Assembly: GCA_013239625.1 (NCBI GenBank)
Contig: MU054391.1
Span: 5,413,824-5,477,823 of the forward strand
Reading direction: 5' to 3'
DNA: 64,000 nucleotides
DNA from: Lama guanicoe
Lineage: Eukaryota
Shown here: piece after piece, positions 24,931-38,600 of the stretch
Numbering within the stretch: position 1 is the stretch's first letter
Layout: each line of letters opens with the position of its first letter
The notes under the pieces: generated by a model
Seen by the model: the letters and a program-made list of their open reading frames with translations, nothing else
Told to the model about the DNA's origin: nothing
The model's database searches: none
Program-made: the position numbers and the translations under genes

Positions 24931-26463
24931 GGCAGCAGCATCCGGGAGGGAAGGTGGCTGCAATTATTCAAAACCCTCTTCTTGTCCCGTGAAAGTGTTT
25001 CTGTGTTTACCAAAGTGCACCACCTCCTACTGCTCCGGTGTCTTGAGTCTCAGCGGCCACCAGCAAAGGCACCTGCATAGTTGTGTGACCTCAAGAGGTA
25101 ACCGAATAGACACGTACTTTTTATGGGACGAACACCTTGGTACAGTGCTCGGTTGCATCTGTGGCGTGGGCTCCTACCATAGAAATACCTACCGTAGAAA
25201 TACATCGTTTGGAGTAATGGTTCCTGGGCGAGCCCGTTCATTTTATTGATGAAGATCCAATATTGGACTGACAGTGCTTTCACTTGGAATTGTCAAGGTC
25301 TGCGGGATCAGGCAGAGCTTGGAGTCTTCGAATACTGGTTTCTGATTATCCGGGGAGTCTGTTAGGCATCTCCAGACTGTGGAGAATACCTGGTGGTTTC
25401 CATGTAAGCGATGGGGTCAGCGCAGCCATGAACCAGGAGAGCCCAGTACAACCCTGTTTATCCCAAGTTCCTTTTGTCAAACCCGAATTGTTCACACTGC
25501 AAGGATCTCAGTCCTGTTGCAACGGAGGCCACGCTCCCTCACCCTGACTCTGTGAGCTCAGCAGAGAGGGGTCTTTAAATGCAGATCTGCGTGTATCTCA
25601 ATGAATCCTAAATCCAAGCTTTTACAATTTCTTGACGTGGCTGGTGGCCACGGGAAGGGATAAACGAGTGACTGTAGTCTCAGACATTTTATTTGGTCTC
25701 CAGCCACTTGGTGAGTGGGTAAGACAAGCCATTCATATTTCAAGATTTCGCCAAGATTTCTGAGAGGCATTTTGCCATTCAGAATTTTTTTTTTCCCTGA
25801 AATTATCTTCTTACCCTCTTTGCTTTTTTGGACTAGTTGTGATAGTTTTTGAAATGGTCATGAAATAGCCATTTTTGGCATGTCTCTGACACAAACATAT
25901 CATGATCTCTTGTTACCACTGTGTGTGGAGGCAGGGTCAGTGGAGCTGGGGGATGTGTGTGTGAATGAGGTGGGGTTCGTTGAAACTGAATTGACGGATG
26001 GTTGGCGTTAAGGCTTATGAATTTATCATTTGTCATTATTTCAGAAAGTAGGGAAAATAATTTTTCTGTCATTTCTGTGCTGTGAGATTAGTTTCCCTGA
26101 AGGTGAGTGTTTACACTCAGGAAAACATTTCTGAGATCACCAGAAACTGAACTGGGTGCCTGTGTTCCCAGCTGGTCAGGACAGCATGTCTCAGAGCTGT
26201 AGCCAGGGAGCATTTTGATCTCAGGGACCGGCATCACTTGTCCCCCGTCTGGGTGGGCATGTGGGCCCCCAGGTGTCTCATGCAGGGACCCCTGGGAGCT
26301 GAGACCCCGGGGACACCCTGTGATGTGCCTCTGTCCTGCCTTCTACATAAAATCTGCCTTCAGAAAGCTGTCTTTGCAAACCTGTCCCTGCTGTATTTAA
26401 CAAGAAATGATCCTGTGATTTCCCATTCCTTCCGATCCACCTCCGCTTTTTGTCTTCCAACAG

Positions 26464-26551
26464 GCTAACCGGCCTCCTGCCAAGCTCAACCTGTTAACCT
26501 GCCAAGTAAAGACCAACCCCGAGGAGAAGAAGTGTTTTGACCTAATTTCAC
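26464..26551 (+). CDS. ASAP2: ASAP2 exon ~12 (88 nt), PH: ANRPPAKLNLLTCQVKTNPEEKKCFDLIS(H)
   Basis: ccaacag|GCT...TCAC|gtgagt; phase 0 to 1. Confidence 0.96.
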
Positions 26552-29101
26552 GTGAGTTTATTTCTCAGACGCTCTCCCGCAGAGAGATTATTTTAAATTC
26601 TCTTCTAGGGCATCAACCCCATTTCAAACAGTGCATTTTGAAAAATCAATTCTCAAAGAGAATGCCTTTATTTTGGGTGACTGTGTGCTTTCCCTTCGCG
26701 CTCGAAATTGTCTGCGTGCCGGTCTCTGCAGTTTAGGACTTGACTCCGAGGAAGGCCCTGCCCTACTCGTGGGTTTGGTCTTGGCAGTTCTAGGTGGCAG
26801 GGCTACAGTCGGGGAAGGAAGGGGCCAGCTCCCTTTCAAAGGCCATCACTAGGGATCAGGGCACAAGAGTTCTTTTATGGAGAAAAACTCCAGACCACGC
26901 ATTTTGGGAAGATGGTGCCGTTGTATCTGCCTCAGCTTCCCGGAGCAGGAGATGGCTGCTCCTTCAGATGTGGGCTGGACTGGACTGCCGCGGGTGGGTG
27001 GTGCTTACTGTCAGTGAAGTGCTCGCAGCAGACCTGTGCGGGAGTGATTACCGTGTCCGCCTTGCGAGGTGGGGAGACGGAGGCCCACGGTGGTTTCCGA
27101 GCTGCGGGAGGATGTTGAGCTGTGTGGTGTGTGGGGAGGGTTTGGGTTTGTTCTGTTCTACAGATTCTAGACGAATCTGTAAAATAAAAATTGACCGTAT
27201 CCTCTTCCCAGCCCCGGGCCCCACTCAGTCTAATCAGGCCCACTGTTCTTTGCCTCCTCCCCGAAGCTCGCTCTCAGATCCTTCACTCATTCAGGACAGT
27301 GTGAAATGAGGAGAATTGCCTGCAGTTTAAAATGTGATCATGGCTGGGATTATCTGCCCTTAGATGGCAATAAAAAGTTACAGTAAAAGGGAGAGAATGG
27401 TGCACTCTGACGTCAGCCAGTGGCTGGGGACACTTAGAGGGCTTGAAGCCTTTCCATTTTCTGAAGCAGTAACCCATGAGAAGTAGTGGGTGACCCTCCG
27501 GGAGCTGATGGCATGTAGTGAACCAAGCCTGGCTGGGTTCTGCATGCGTGGAGGTGGGTGCCAGCCCTCCTTCGTCTGCCCCAGTCACTCCAGCATCCCT
27601 TGTGGGGGCCCCCGTTAGAGACCATGTGTGCAGCAGCATTTATTTCATGCTTGTAAAAAACTCCAAAGCATTCCCCAACCTGCACGTTTCAACAGCTGGC
27701 CAGGCACGGAGGACCAGCTGGTGGTGAGCTCACCTAACAGCCGACCAAGCAGGAGTTACCACATCCCCCAGAGACACGGACGGTGGCTCCGTGTAATCTG
27801 GTGACGGGTGCGCGCTCTGGCAAGCGGACGTTTATCCAGGTTCCATCAGTGTCCTTTGCTCCAGTGGCCAGTACATAATCCTGATACATAGTACCTGCAG
27901 AAAGGGCTCCAGCCTCTGATTCCCGGAAGGGCTCACTGAGTCTGATTCGAGGCACTGCTGTCAATTTGCCAGAGTCCGTTGTCATCTTTGAAAAAAGCTC
28001 TCATCTCTTCTTCTTCCCAGTGTCCTCCAGTGGGTAGAATGAATCCCTGTCCTACACATGTTTCATCCTCAGCGTGTTTTCAAAAGGTGTTTCTCCCCTC
28101 GGAGTGTCTGTGGTGGCGATGCTTTGTGGCAGTGCTCTGGGGGTTTGGGTTGTTACAGAGAAAAGTGAAAGCCAGTCAGACCCACACGGGAGCCATCAGG
28201 GAACACGTTGCAGGGCGGGAGAGCCCTGATCTGACAAGCGTCCCAAGAAGGTGGGGGCGTGGGGTCAGGTCTAGCTCTGTCTGACTCCACCGACTGCCCA
28301 GGCTGCCGGGACACATGTCGCCTTTGTGCTGTTTAAACTTTTGGGTGGTTGGAGAAACAGAAGTCAAGATGCAGGTGCAGGCAGCGAGATGCTGTTTCAG
28401 GTGTGGGTCTCCCAGGCCCCTCGGGCCGCCCTGTCCTCCTGGCCCTCACCCTGTGTAGGTATCTTGGGCTTACCAGGGAGCCCAGGAGAGGAACAGACTG
28501 ACCGCTGGCCTCAGTCATTTCCCTGCGGTATCCTCCTCCACAGTCCTTTCCGCAGGCACGGGTTCCCCGCTCTGATCAAGTAGTCAGTGGGCCTAGCTTC
28601 TCAGGTGGGCCGTCCCTGCGGCAAGGCCAGCCCTTCCGGGACCCTGTCCAACCCTCTTGCCCTCAGATTGACCCCACTGTTTGCAGACTCCAGTCCTGGG
28701 CCATTAGCCTCCCGTGGTGGAAGGTGTGGAGAACTTGGAGGTGATCCAGGCCAGTTCCCTGAGTGGGACAGGCCCACCGACAGTCGGTGACTTTCTGGAT
28801 CCACTCAGAGGGTTCGTGGCCAATTGGATCCAGACCTGGGGCGGAGAAGCAGCCCTTCCCAGGACACTGTCACGTCAGGGCTCTGACCGTCTCTGCCATC
28901 TCCTCTTGGTTTTCTTCTCCCTCTAATAGCTGCTAGAAACTGTTCTTGGTTTATAGGCATCTTTAAAGTGTCCATATGAGTGCTTTTTTATTTGGAAGCT
29001 TTCATGGAGAATTTCCCCTGGTTCTCCAGCGTTCACGTGTTAGAACACAGAATTAGCCACAGGAAATGGGTGACTTTTCTCCCCCACCCCCGCCCCCTCT
29101 T

Positions 29102-29131
29102 TCTACTTGATCTACTTGATCTACTTGATCT
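29102..29131. repeat. Short tandem repeat (tctacttga)x3
   Basis: Read directly. Confidence 0.85.
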
Positions 29132-29679
29132 GTGCCTGATCTAGCCATGGAGAGGCTCGGGGAACACTTGGAGGGTTTTAGGGCTGATGCCAGACACAAG
29201 CCTCTGGCACAACCCGCCATGGTCACGGCTCCCTGAGGACTCTGAGATCTACTTAGTGTGTGAAGTGGCTCTGCCTGCACCCCAGCCCCTACCCCGGCCC
29301 TCCTCCAGGTGAGCTCTGCACACCAGGTAGAGGTGGGAGCAGGCAGAGCGATCCCTCTCTTCCAGCATCTGGTTGCAACACCTCCCAGCGTTCAGCTCGG
29401 CTCCGTCTCCTATTTGGAGCCCAGAGCAAACCCGAGCCCTCTGCCACTGGGTTTGTTTTTGCCCCTTCATCTCTGTGGGCCTCCCCTCCTCCTGGTCAGC
29501 TCACCAGGAATTGTTCTAAGAACCTAAGTGCTTGCAGGGAGTTTTAAAACCACGATTGGAAGATGACATGTTTGCCCATTTTGAGGGGCACAGATGTGTG
29601 CTGTGCACCCCAAGAACAGTCGCTGCTTGTCACTGCATCTGGAGATGGTGACTCGTCTCTCTTTTTTTCTGTTTTTTAA

Positions 29680-30110
29680 ATTTAATTTTCTTTTTTACTT
29701 TGTTTTTGGACTGATTGTAAACAGACATTCTGTATCTCCTTCATCCAATTCCCCCTAATACTGGTATCTTAGCACAGCTTATCCGACACTGTTGAGTACG
29801 TAGTACCAGCCTTCTCCGCAACTGTCGAAATCAGAAATTCACGTTGCTGCGAGGCTAATGACTACAGATCTTACCAAGTTTTACCTTTTTCTGTTCTGGG
29901 TTTCTGTCCAGGACCCCACATTACTGCTGCTACTTCATTCTAGTCTCCTGCAGTCTGTAGCTGTTCTGTGTCTTCCCTTGTCTTACATAACCTTGATACT
30001 TTCTTTGAAGATGACTGATCAGTTTTTTGGTCCGGTGTTCCTTAGTTTGGGCTTCTCTGATGCTTTCCCACAACTGGACAGAGATTATGCATTTGGGGCT
30101 AAGAATTCCA
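29680..30110 (-). mobile_element. L1MC-like 3' fragment
   Basis: T-rich start, tccttcatccaattccccctaat, ctgtccaggaccccacatt, tttgggcttctctgatgctttc; approximate. Confidence 0.55.
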
Positions 30111-30495
30111 GAAAGCTTGTAAGGTACTCACCTTAGAAATGGCCCTTACCATTCAGAAGGCCTTAACGATTACTTTTGGGGGCCAACTCTGTAGCAAGTT
30201 AAAAAAAAAAGCTTTTGAAAGGGTAGTGATGGTTTTCATTGAATAGCTTCGGCTGGCTGCATCGCTTTAGACTTGAACCAAGGAGCCAGCTGGCTCTCCG
30301 ATTTGCATTACAAAGCCACAGTTCCCAACCTTGTCCCCTTGTCCCCTTGTCCCCTGTGAAGGACAGGAGGGAGGGCTTGACTGTATACAAATCATTGATT
30401 TCCTAGTGAAGTTAGGACTATCCCCGAGGTTAATGACAAACTGTGCGGATTACTGTCCACGCTCACAATTGATGAAACCTCTCTTTCCCTTGCAG

Positions 30496-30544
30496 ATGAC
30501 AGGACGTACCACTTTCAAGCAGAGGATGAACAGGAGTGTCAAAT
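30496..30544 (+). CDS. ASAP2: ASAP2 exon ~13 (49 nt), PH: DRTYHFQAEDEQECQ(I)
   Basis: ccttgcag|AT...CAAAT|gtaagt; phase 1 to 2. Confidence 0.96.
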
Positions 30545-30623
30545 GTAAGTCATTGGCAGGTGGGACCTTGGGCCTCAGCAGTTGTCCTTGGGATCTAACA
30601 CAGCGTGACTGTTATTTTTCTAG

Positions 30624-30790
30624 ATGGATGTCTGTGCTGCAGAACAGCAAGGAAGAAGCTTTAAACAATGCCTTTAAGGGCGATGACAATACGGGAGAAA
30701 ACAACATAGTCCAGGAACTGACAAAGGAGATCATCTCTGAGGTCCAGAGGATGACGGGCAATGACGTGTGTTGTGACTGCGGGGCACCAG
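30624..30790 (+). CDS. ASAP2: ASAP2 exon ~14 (167 nt): WMSVLQNSKEEALNNAFKG...MTGNDVCCDCGAP, PH end and first ArfGAP CxxC
   Basis: tttttctag|A...CCAG|gtgacc; follows a 79-nt intron. Confidence 0.96.
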
Positions 30791-32628
30791 GTGACCCAGC
30801 CACCCCCACCCCACCCCCACCAGCTCTAGGACATTTAAATCCTGTTCCGATTCACAGAATCCATTCATTGATTTTCCCTGTCATTTCAGACACAGAGTTC
30901 AGTGCAGCCCAGCCTGAGCTCGCCCCATCGCACAAATGCTTACTGAGCTGTGTGCAGACTGCATGGGGGGCAGGGTGGGAAGGTGCTTGCCTGCAGGCCC
31001 TCAGAACAGGGCTGTGTGAAGGGGCCCAACAGAGCTGAAACGATTTCATTGCTTTCTGAGAAATGAAAACAGCGCCCAGCGAGGTGAAGTCACGGTCATC
31101 CGGTCGTTACATTGGCCCCGGAGGCTGCAGCTCTTTCCGGGGCTTAATCCGCCCTCCACTGTACAGCTCTGTGGGACACCTGCAGCAGCTTTAAGCCGCT
31201 GTCTCGCCTGTGACCTGGAAGAGCCACTGGCTTTGTTAGATGTCAGTTTTCCTGTCTGGAAAGTGAAGGAACCGGCTGGGATTGTTCTGGGGGCCCCTTC
31301 CAGCTACCACATTCTGTGAAATGAGATGTTTTCTTTCTGCGTTTTGATGAAGCCTACTGGGGCTTCCTTTTTAATGGACCCAGAGTATCTTTACAGATTT
31401 TAACACCAGTCATTTGAAAAGTTTAAGGAGTTGACTCATGTTTGTCATTAAGATGGAATGCTATGAGGCTGGGGTCAGGGGAGCTGGAGAGTACTGTTAT
31501 CTGAGTATTTGTAAAATGAGAAAGGTTGCGGCGTAGTTAGGATGGTCATTTACCTTTTCATTCCTCTAATTCTGTGACAGTTTCTACTCAAAACAAACAC
31601 CACAGAAATCGAGTAGAAGTTGAGGAGTGCCACGGGGTTTCTGTTTCCCTGGAGGCTGTATTTGGGGATGATTTGAGGAATTACTTCATGGGGTCTTGGA
31701 CCATTAAAACACGTCTCTGGCAGGAGATGAGGTGATGGCGGGGGTCGCAAATCCTGCTTTTTCTTAGATGAGCACAGTGTAGTGCTTGGACTTTTAAAAC
31801 ACTCTCAGAGAGAAGTCAGAGCTATGACATCTTTGTTTTAAAATGCTAAGACTATGCGAGTGATATAAAAATGTACACTTGTACCTACCAAAAGCATGAC
31901 ACAGTCAATACAGTAGAAAAGGTCTAGTGAAGTGAAAAAACCCTGGTGCCCAGAATTATTTCCTAACTTGAATAAAACTTTTGTAACTTGAACATTTAAA
32001 AAGTAACTTCACAATTAGCTAGTGACTACAGTTGCAGTATTGACTTGCTATGAGTTTCTGAGGGAACTAGTAATTCTAAAGAGATTTGTACTTCTGGACT
32101 GTGATCACATGCCCAGGTGTGTTTTCTTTTGAATTCCCTGTATTCAGTAAATTCAGCATTCATCCGTCAAGCATTTCTTGAGTACCTACTATGTGCTTGG
32201 CACATGGTAGGGTGCGTCAGTGAGTTAGAAAACAGGCAGGGCTGCAGTCCAGCTCTGCAGCCTCGAGCAAGACCCTTCACCTTTCTGAGCACAGTTGTGA
32301 AGACACCTGCCCTGTTCGCCTCCAGGCACTGTTGCCTGCACTAAATGAGGTATTATATGAAAGCACGTGCAATTTCTGAAGCTCTGACAATTCGAGCTAT
32401 TATTGCTGCTACCAAACTGCTGAACACAGAGCTTCGGCACATCACTTTCAGCATCAGCGTGTAGGGTGTGTTCTCTGTCGGTATTATCAGCATCTTTGGG
32501 AACATACAGGCGAGTGCGTGTTAAGACTGTTCCCCGTGTAGTACTAGACTGGCAGACCCTGTTCCTCTCGCTCCTCTTGGCTGGTGCAACCAGGTTGGTG
32601 ATGGGAGTGGTCAGTGTCCAAAGATCAC

Positions 32629-32647
32629 TGGCCACTAGAGGGCGCTG
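32629..32647 (+). promoter_or_regulatory. CTCF-binding core motif
   Basis: tggccactagagggcgctg fits CCASYAGRKGGCRS at every position. Confidence 0.65.
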
Positions 32648-32895
32648 TGTCCCGTTTATTCTTGTGCGCACAGCTCCTTTCCCTTGGGAGTCCTTCGTTA
32701 AGTGAATGGAAGGATGGACAGGTGGAGCCGTGGGAAGGGGAGGGAGGACAGATACGTACATATGTGTGTAACTCGGTGGTAATTGATGAACGAGGGTTCC
32801 TACTGCATCTGGGATCAAAACAATGCTCACGATGAATCAAAACTCCATGTTCGGTAACTATGCGAGAACAAATCTGACCCTGGCCCTCTTCTTAG

Positions 32896-33087
<192 letters not shown>

Positions 33088-34374
33088 TGAAAACAGATGA
33101 GTTGAAAGCTAAGTTTTAATTTTGGCCCTGGAGTCCATTTTGGTTACTTTAAATTCCACTGGGCCTCTAGCTGTTGGTATTTGCCAGGTGAGTCTGGGCA
33201 ATGAGAAACTTACTGGCAGCTCCTCCTCCTCAGCTCCTAGCCAGTAAGGGTTGCAAAGCTTCATTCTTTGCAATGAATCAAGTGAAGTAAACTCAAAAAG
33301 GGGCATGGAGACTGATGTAAGATTCTGGAACAAGTTGGTGGCAGGGTCCAGCACACCCCAGTCACCAAGTGGTGCGCATGCCCAAGCACGGAGACAGGGA
33401 AGGACTCCTCCCTGAGTCATCAGCTGATTTCCTCCAAGTCTGCGGTCACCACCTGGCTCGAGCCTCCGGTATACTCCGCCCCTTATTGTCGCCTTTTCGG
33501 GGAGAGATTGGTCTTTGCTTTTTCCTGCCTTTATTTCTAAGAAGTCTCTTATTCTCAGTTCAGTGATAACACATAAGCCATGCAATGCAGATCGATATTA
33601 GGCAATTGCAGCATTTTCTGTGAAGTGGCTTTCAGAGCATCGAGACTGTGGCCCCCTGAGGAGCAAGCACATCACACCTTGGCCGTGCTTTTGGGCATCT
33701 AAAACACGAGCTCTTTGGACGGTTTTCAAAGTCTGTAACTGCTGATTAGAAAGCAGTGTTTGATATTCTCTCTAGAGGTAGCTGAGCCTTGGACAGTAAA
33801 TATTAAGTGGATATCGACTGCCACTGATTTTCATGTCAAGAGCAATAGTCTTGACAGAAGATCAGTGGTTGTGGTCAATAGACCTCTCCAGGGGCCGAAC
33901 AGCTTACGGCTGACTACTCCGGATCCAGCGTGTCTGAACTGGGAATACATTTAGAACTGTCTCCTCCAATCCTTCCAGTCTCTCCAAGGAATTCCTTTAT
34001 GGTCTTGAAAGACAAGGCTGGGAGAAACTAGAGTGGATTCTGGTAGCCCGGTTAGCAACCTCCCTAGTTACTTCAAGTTCAGAACTCAGCTGGCCTCACT
34101 CAGCAGGACCCAGGCAGTACGTCCCTGGTTACACAGTGCAGTTACAGTTAACGTCATCTTCCGTCCAGCCTCCGTCACGGAGCTGTGTGTATACAGGCGG
34201 CGTCCTGGGTGACTGATGGTGGTGTAGATTTGAAGTTGTCACTATATTTTCAGAGACGCACAGACTTCTCGGTGAGCACCGGCAAACTGGGGCAGCTATG
34301 GTGCTGCCCTACTGGTTTTTCAAAACAGTGGGAAGTGTTAAGTGGCGTGTGTGGAAGTGATCGCTGCTGATTGT

Positions 34375-34580
34375 GGTCGAGGCACTTTGCAAAGAGTTTT
34401 ATGTGTTTTAGCTCATTCATTCCTCACCCCAGCCCTGTGACGGGGGATGTACTGTGCCCATGCACAAAGGAGGAACTGAGCTTCGAATGTTTGGCAAGAC
34501 TAAGGTTATGGAGTTATCAAAGCACCGGATCTGGGCTGGGGGCCTCTTTAATCTGATCCCAGAGCCCACGCTCTTAGCCC
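34375..34580 (-). mobile_element. MIR SINE
   Basis: ctcattcattcctcaccccagccctgtga...gaggaactgag...cagagcccacgctctta. Confidence 0.65.
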
Positions 34581-34684
34581 TTGAGGAGCCTGGGATGCAA
34601 GCTGACCTTTGCGGTGGGTTGTCTCACCCTGTGGGAAGCATTTAAATGTCACTGCTGTCCCTCCTCATCCCCCATCTTCATCCC

Positions 34685-35052
34685 CAGTGAATGTTTAACA
34701 GCCAGCTCTCTGGGAGGGAAAAAAGCGCTGCTTTGTAGTCCGCCCAGTCACGGGATGTAAGTAATCCCACCGCGACCATTTTTGCGCCGCAGTGTGAATT
34801 ACTGAGCCTGCCGTGGGAAAGAGAGGTTTCCTAGCACGTGTTATGTGGTAAGTTCACCACAAATGCAGTGATCGTAAGTAACTTCGAAACGTGGAAAACA
34901 GTAAGATGTAGGAAAGTAGGAAGTTATGGGTGCTTATTACTTTGTTTTTAGTGTAATTTATTGGATCATGAGTTTATCTAATGTAATTTTTAATGATGGC
35001 TGTTTAACAGTTGGCTCGTGTAAGCTGGTAGGAGCCTGATCCCAACACATCT
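34685..35052 (-). mobile_element. MER63-like hAT DNA transposon relic
   Basis: tttttaatgatggctgtttaacagttggctcg...aagctggtaggagcc; ttattactttgtttttagtgtaatttatt; resembles antisense MER63 as recalled. Confidence 0.7.
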
Positions 35053-35612
35053 GTTACAGCTGCTAAATTTCTGTGTCTCAGAAGTTTAACTGTGATCCAC
35101 GCGAGTCTGCTGCCTCCTGCACAGGGAAGCATCAAAGCAGGTGGAAAGGATGAAGTGGCTCTGACCCCCAGTTCAGATCTTCATTTCTGTCGCCCGGAGC
35201 CTGTCTCTGTATTCTCATAGTTTGACCAGCTCTCAGCCGCTCTGGAGAAACCAGGCAGAGGCTGCTCAGTTACTATCTGCAGATATTTCCAAAATCTCAT
35301 CTCTGCCACAGCTTTAGACTCTCCCTTATCTAAGCCTCTTTTCCTCAGTGGTTATCAGAAAACAAAGGGCAGAGGCCCTCGGCTTGCCCCTGACCTCTGC
35401 CTGTCTGGTCCTCCCCTCCCCTCCCCCAGCCCCATCGCTGTGGGCCTGACCACCCCCTGCTCCTCAGCCGGTGGGTGAGGCGGTGGATGGAGAGTGTGTG
35501 TTAGTCGTTAGTATCCTTGGTAAATCATGAGAATTTCAAGCCGCCTTAGAGTACCTGGTTATCTTATTTTACTGAGACGGTCAGATGCGTGGACAAAGGA
35601 TCTCCTGAAGGC

Positions 35613-35632
35613 TGTGTGTGTGTGTGTGTGTG
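35613..35632. repeat. (TG)10 microsatellite
   Basis: Read directly. Confidence 0.95.
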
Positions 35633-38600
35633 TAATTACGTCTGGCACGTAAGAACTATAAAGTATTAGCTATCATTATCATCTCCTCCTCGAAGATGAT
35701 TTTAACAAAATCCTTCCAGAAAAATGATCCTCGTGTCCTGACATGTGAATCCACAACGAGGCCCCACCCGGGCTGTCTGCTCCGTTTGTGGACCTTTCAT
35801 GTTCACAGAGCTGTGATGTCCGGCTCTTTGACTGGTTTGTTCCTCACTGTATGTTTTCTTGTGCGGTGGATGTTAATTAGGCTCCTCGTACTCTGTTAAA
35901 GAAATAAGAGGGTGAACTGGAAAATAACTTCCCGACGCATCCATGGGCACAGGCTGGGCGGAGCTGCTCCCCAGAGCAGTGTAAGGGCCCGCACCTCAGG
36001 GATGTGCTGTGACGGGAGAGGGGCTTCTGAATGGCCCGGTGGAAACGGCGGTCCACGAGCAGGAGTTCTCATTTCCTGGCTGGCATTATGTTCTAAATAA
36101 ACACTCTCACCCCATAAAATGCCACTTCTGCCCCCCAACACATCCTCCCCGTGTACCTCAGGATAAGTCTTTTGCTTAATTCTGAAAATCATTTTCTGCC
36201 CTGGGGTTTGCAAACAGTTTTCCCTGATGGTATGTTGTGGAGATTTCACCATTTCCTTTTTAATTTGTTTTTGTTTCAAAGCATGCTTGATTTCCATGTT
36301 AACTGAATGATTTCCGCAGCACCTGTGAAGGTGGCTGGTTAGCAGTCACTTTTTCTTCCCTTTGCCTGCTTTTAGAATCACTTCTTATTCAGTGGAAAGA
36401 CACTGGGGAATTGACTTATTCATTTGATTAGTTCGTGGAAGCTGTGCCATCTTAACTACTTTAACATGCACCCACTTAATATCCTTAGATTTTAAAGCAA
36501 ATCTGCTTTCAGAAAACCTCCTGACAGCCTAGATTTTAAAAAGATGAATTTCCTCCTTAACATGGAAGATTATGATTTTAGCTCTGATTTTCAGGTCATA
36601 CATAAAACAGTACAGTTGGTCCTAAGTTTCCAGTATCATGTGATCAATTTCACATCATAAGTGAAATCAGTAAAGGAAATTTCAACATTATGGAATTGAA
36701 TTTGAGTCAGTAACTTAAAAATCTTCCATTGAAAAACAAGGTTAGACCAAAATACTGATTAATTATAAACACTTGTTCAGGAAGAATTCAGATTCAGATT
36801 CTTTAAAAATTAAATACATTTTTAATTAAATATATTACTTCAATATACATGCAAAGGCAGAAAAACAGGTCATATTTTGTGTATTTTTCTCTGTGACACC
36901 TTTGATAGTGACTATTACCTGTTCTGTCTGTCAGTCATGTTACATCGGATGCTCATAGAAAGCCAATCAATTCTGCCTATTTTTAAAATCAAATCAAATC
37001 TTTGAAAAGCTTTAAAAAAAAAAAAGGGTCAGAAACCCTCAGGAGCACGTACTGTTTTGTGACTTTGTCCTGCCTCCCTTCTCATGAGGCTGTTAACAGG
37101 CCGTTCAGTATAAAGTTGAACTGCCCACAGCCAGACCTGGGAGAGGGAGCGTGGGGGGAAGCCGCCCAAAACCCAGGGCTTCCTTACAGACTATACTGCT
37201 GCCTCCCTGGGACTGAAATAAGGCCACTCAGGATGCAAAGAGCAGCAGGAAGCATGCAACCAGCCACCGTTCATTGAGCAACTACTACGCTTCAGGCATT
37301 GTTCTAGGTTCTTCTTGTGATACCTAAGCTGAGAGCTCCATTTAAAAAAATGAGGTCAGAGCCTATGTTCTCGTCTTTTTTCTTAAACCACAGCCCTGAA
37401 CTTCTTTTCACCACAAACCCTATCAGAAAAAATTGAGCACCAGAACAGACATACACGTAGGTGATGTACAGCGATATTTGTATGACTTACTAAGAAGTGT
37501 GTTATATACTTTATGAAATATATCAAAAGAAGAATTTTTAAAGACTCGAGTGAAACATACACGTTTTTTCACCCGCCACGGAGTATTTTGGAGGCAGTGA
37601 TGGAGCACGCTGCAGTTTCTTCGCTCTGCCTTCAGAGCCAGGGTCCTGCTCCTTCACGTCCCCGGGGCCTTTGTCATCCATTTGTGTCTTAAAGGCGTGC
37701 CTTGCGCTCTAAGCCTTCCAGCCTCCTGGGATCTGAGGGTGCCCTGCAGACAATATCCCATTTCCTACCTGAATTGGGAACCACTTGAGAGATCAGAAGT
37801 CTGGTTTGTTGTTGAAAGCAGCCCAGCTGGCGGGCCTGGTTCACACATGCGGTGACAGCCGAGCCTCAGACTGGGTCTCGCCCACCCAGGCGGGGGCAGG
37901 AGGCGCAGACCACCCTGGTGCTGCGTCCCGGGGGCGCCTTGTTCTTTTCAGCCCCTCTGTTGGGGGAGTCGCTTCTCTCACGTGTCCATTCCTCTCCTCC
38001 GGGGGCACAAAGACAGGATTGTCATGGGAACTGGTGTCCCTCCACGTGAAAGCAGGGGACAGGAAGTCCCCCAAACTCTGAACGGTTTCTAGAGAAAATC
38101 TAGGTCCTTTCTGGCTCTGCGAACCCTGTGAGGGTAGATGCTCAGGTCTCCAGGAACACTTCTGGTCCCCGTCCTCGGGGCGCTCAGTGCAGTGAGGGAG
38201 CCGCGCTCTCAGGATAACCCCGCAAGGTGGGTGTGGGAGTGGTCGTCCCTCCCAACCAGGCGCCTGCTCTGCTGGCTTCCCCTCGCAGTCTCCCTTCCTG
38301 TAGTGCTCCGTCCAGCCCTCATCACAGAGCCCTTCCTTTCTTTTTCATCACCTCTGTCTCATCGCACCAAGCCCCGGAGCAGGCCCATGTCCCGTGCGTG
38401 GATCCCAGCACCCCCGAGGGCTCCGTGTGCGTTCCTGGACTGATGGGGGCTGGGCTCGCTTCCCTGAGCGATGCAGCACTTAAATGCCCGACTCCCCTGG
38501 ACCGGCCATGGCCGATCCGCCTTGGCGCATCCCCCGGGTCCTGGGCCCGTGCCTGGCAGTGGAGGGCACGTGTGTCAGGGCTGCTTAACCAGCCTTCCCG

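Noticed and set aside
29102-29131. Short direct repeats here and at ~18186, ~25173, ~30330, ~39042 and 52213 as a CRISPR-like or functional array
   Set aside because: Two- to three-copy slippage duplications with no spacers, in a eukaryotic intron.
30331-31038. 235-aa ORF taken as a single gene
   Set aside because: Only 30624-30790 is in the true ASAP2 frame; the rest is intron or off-frame exon ~13.
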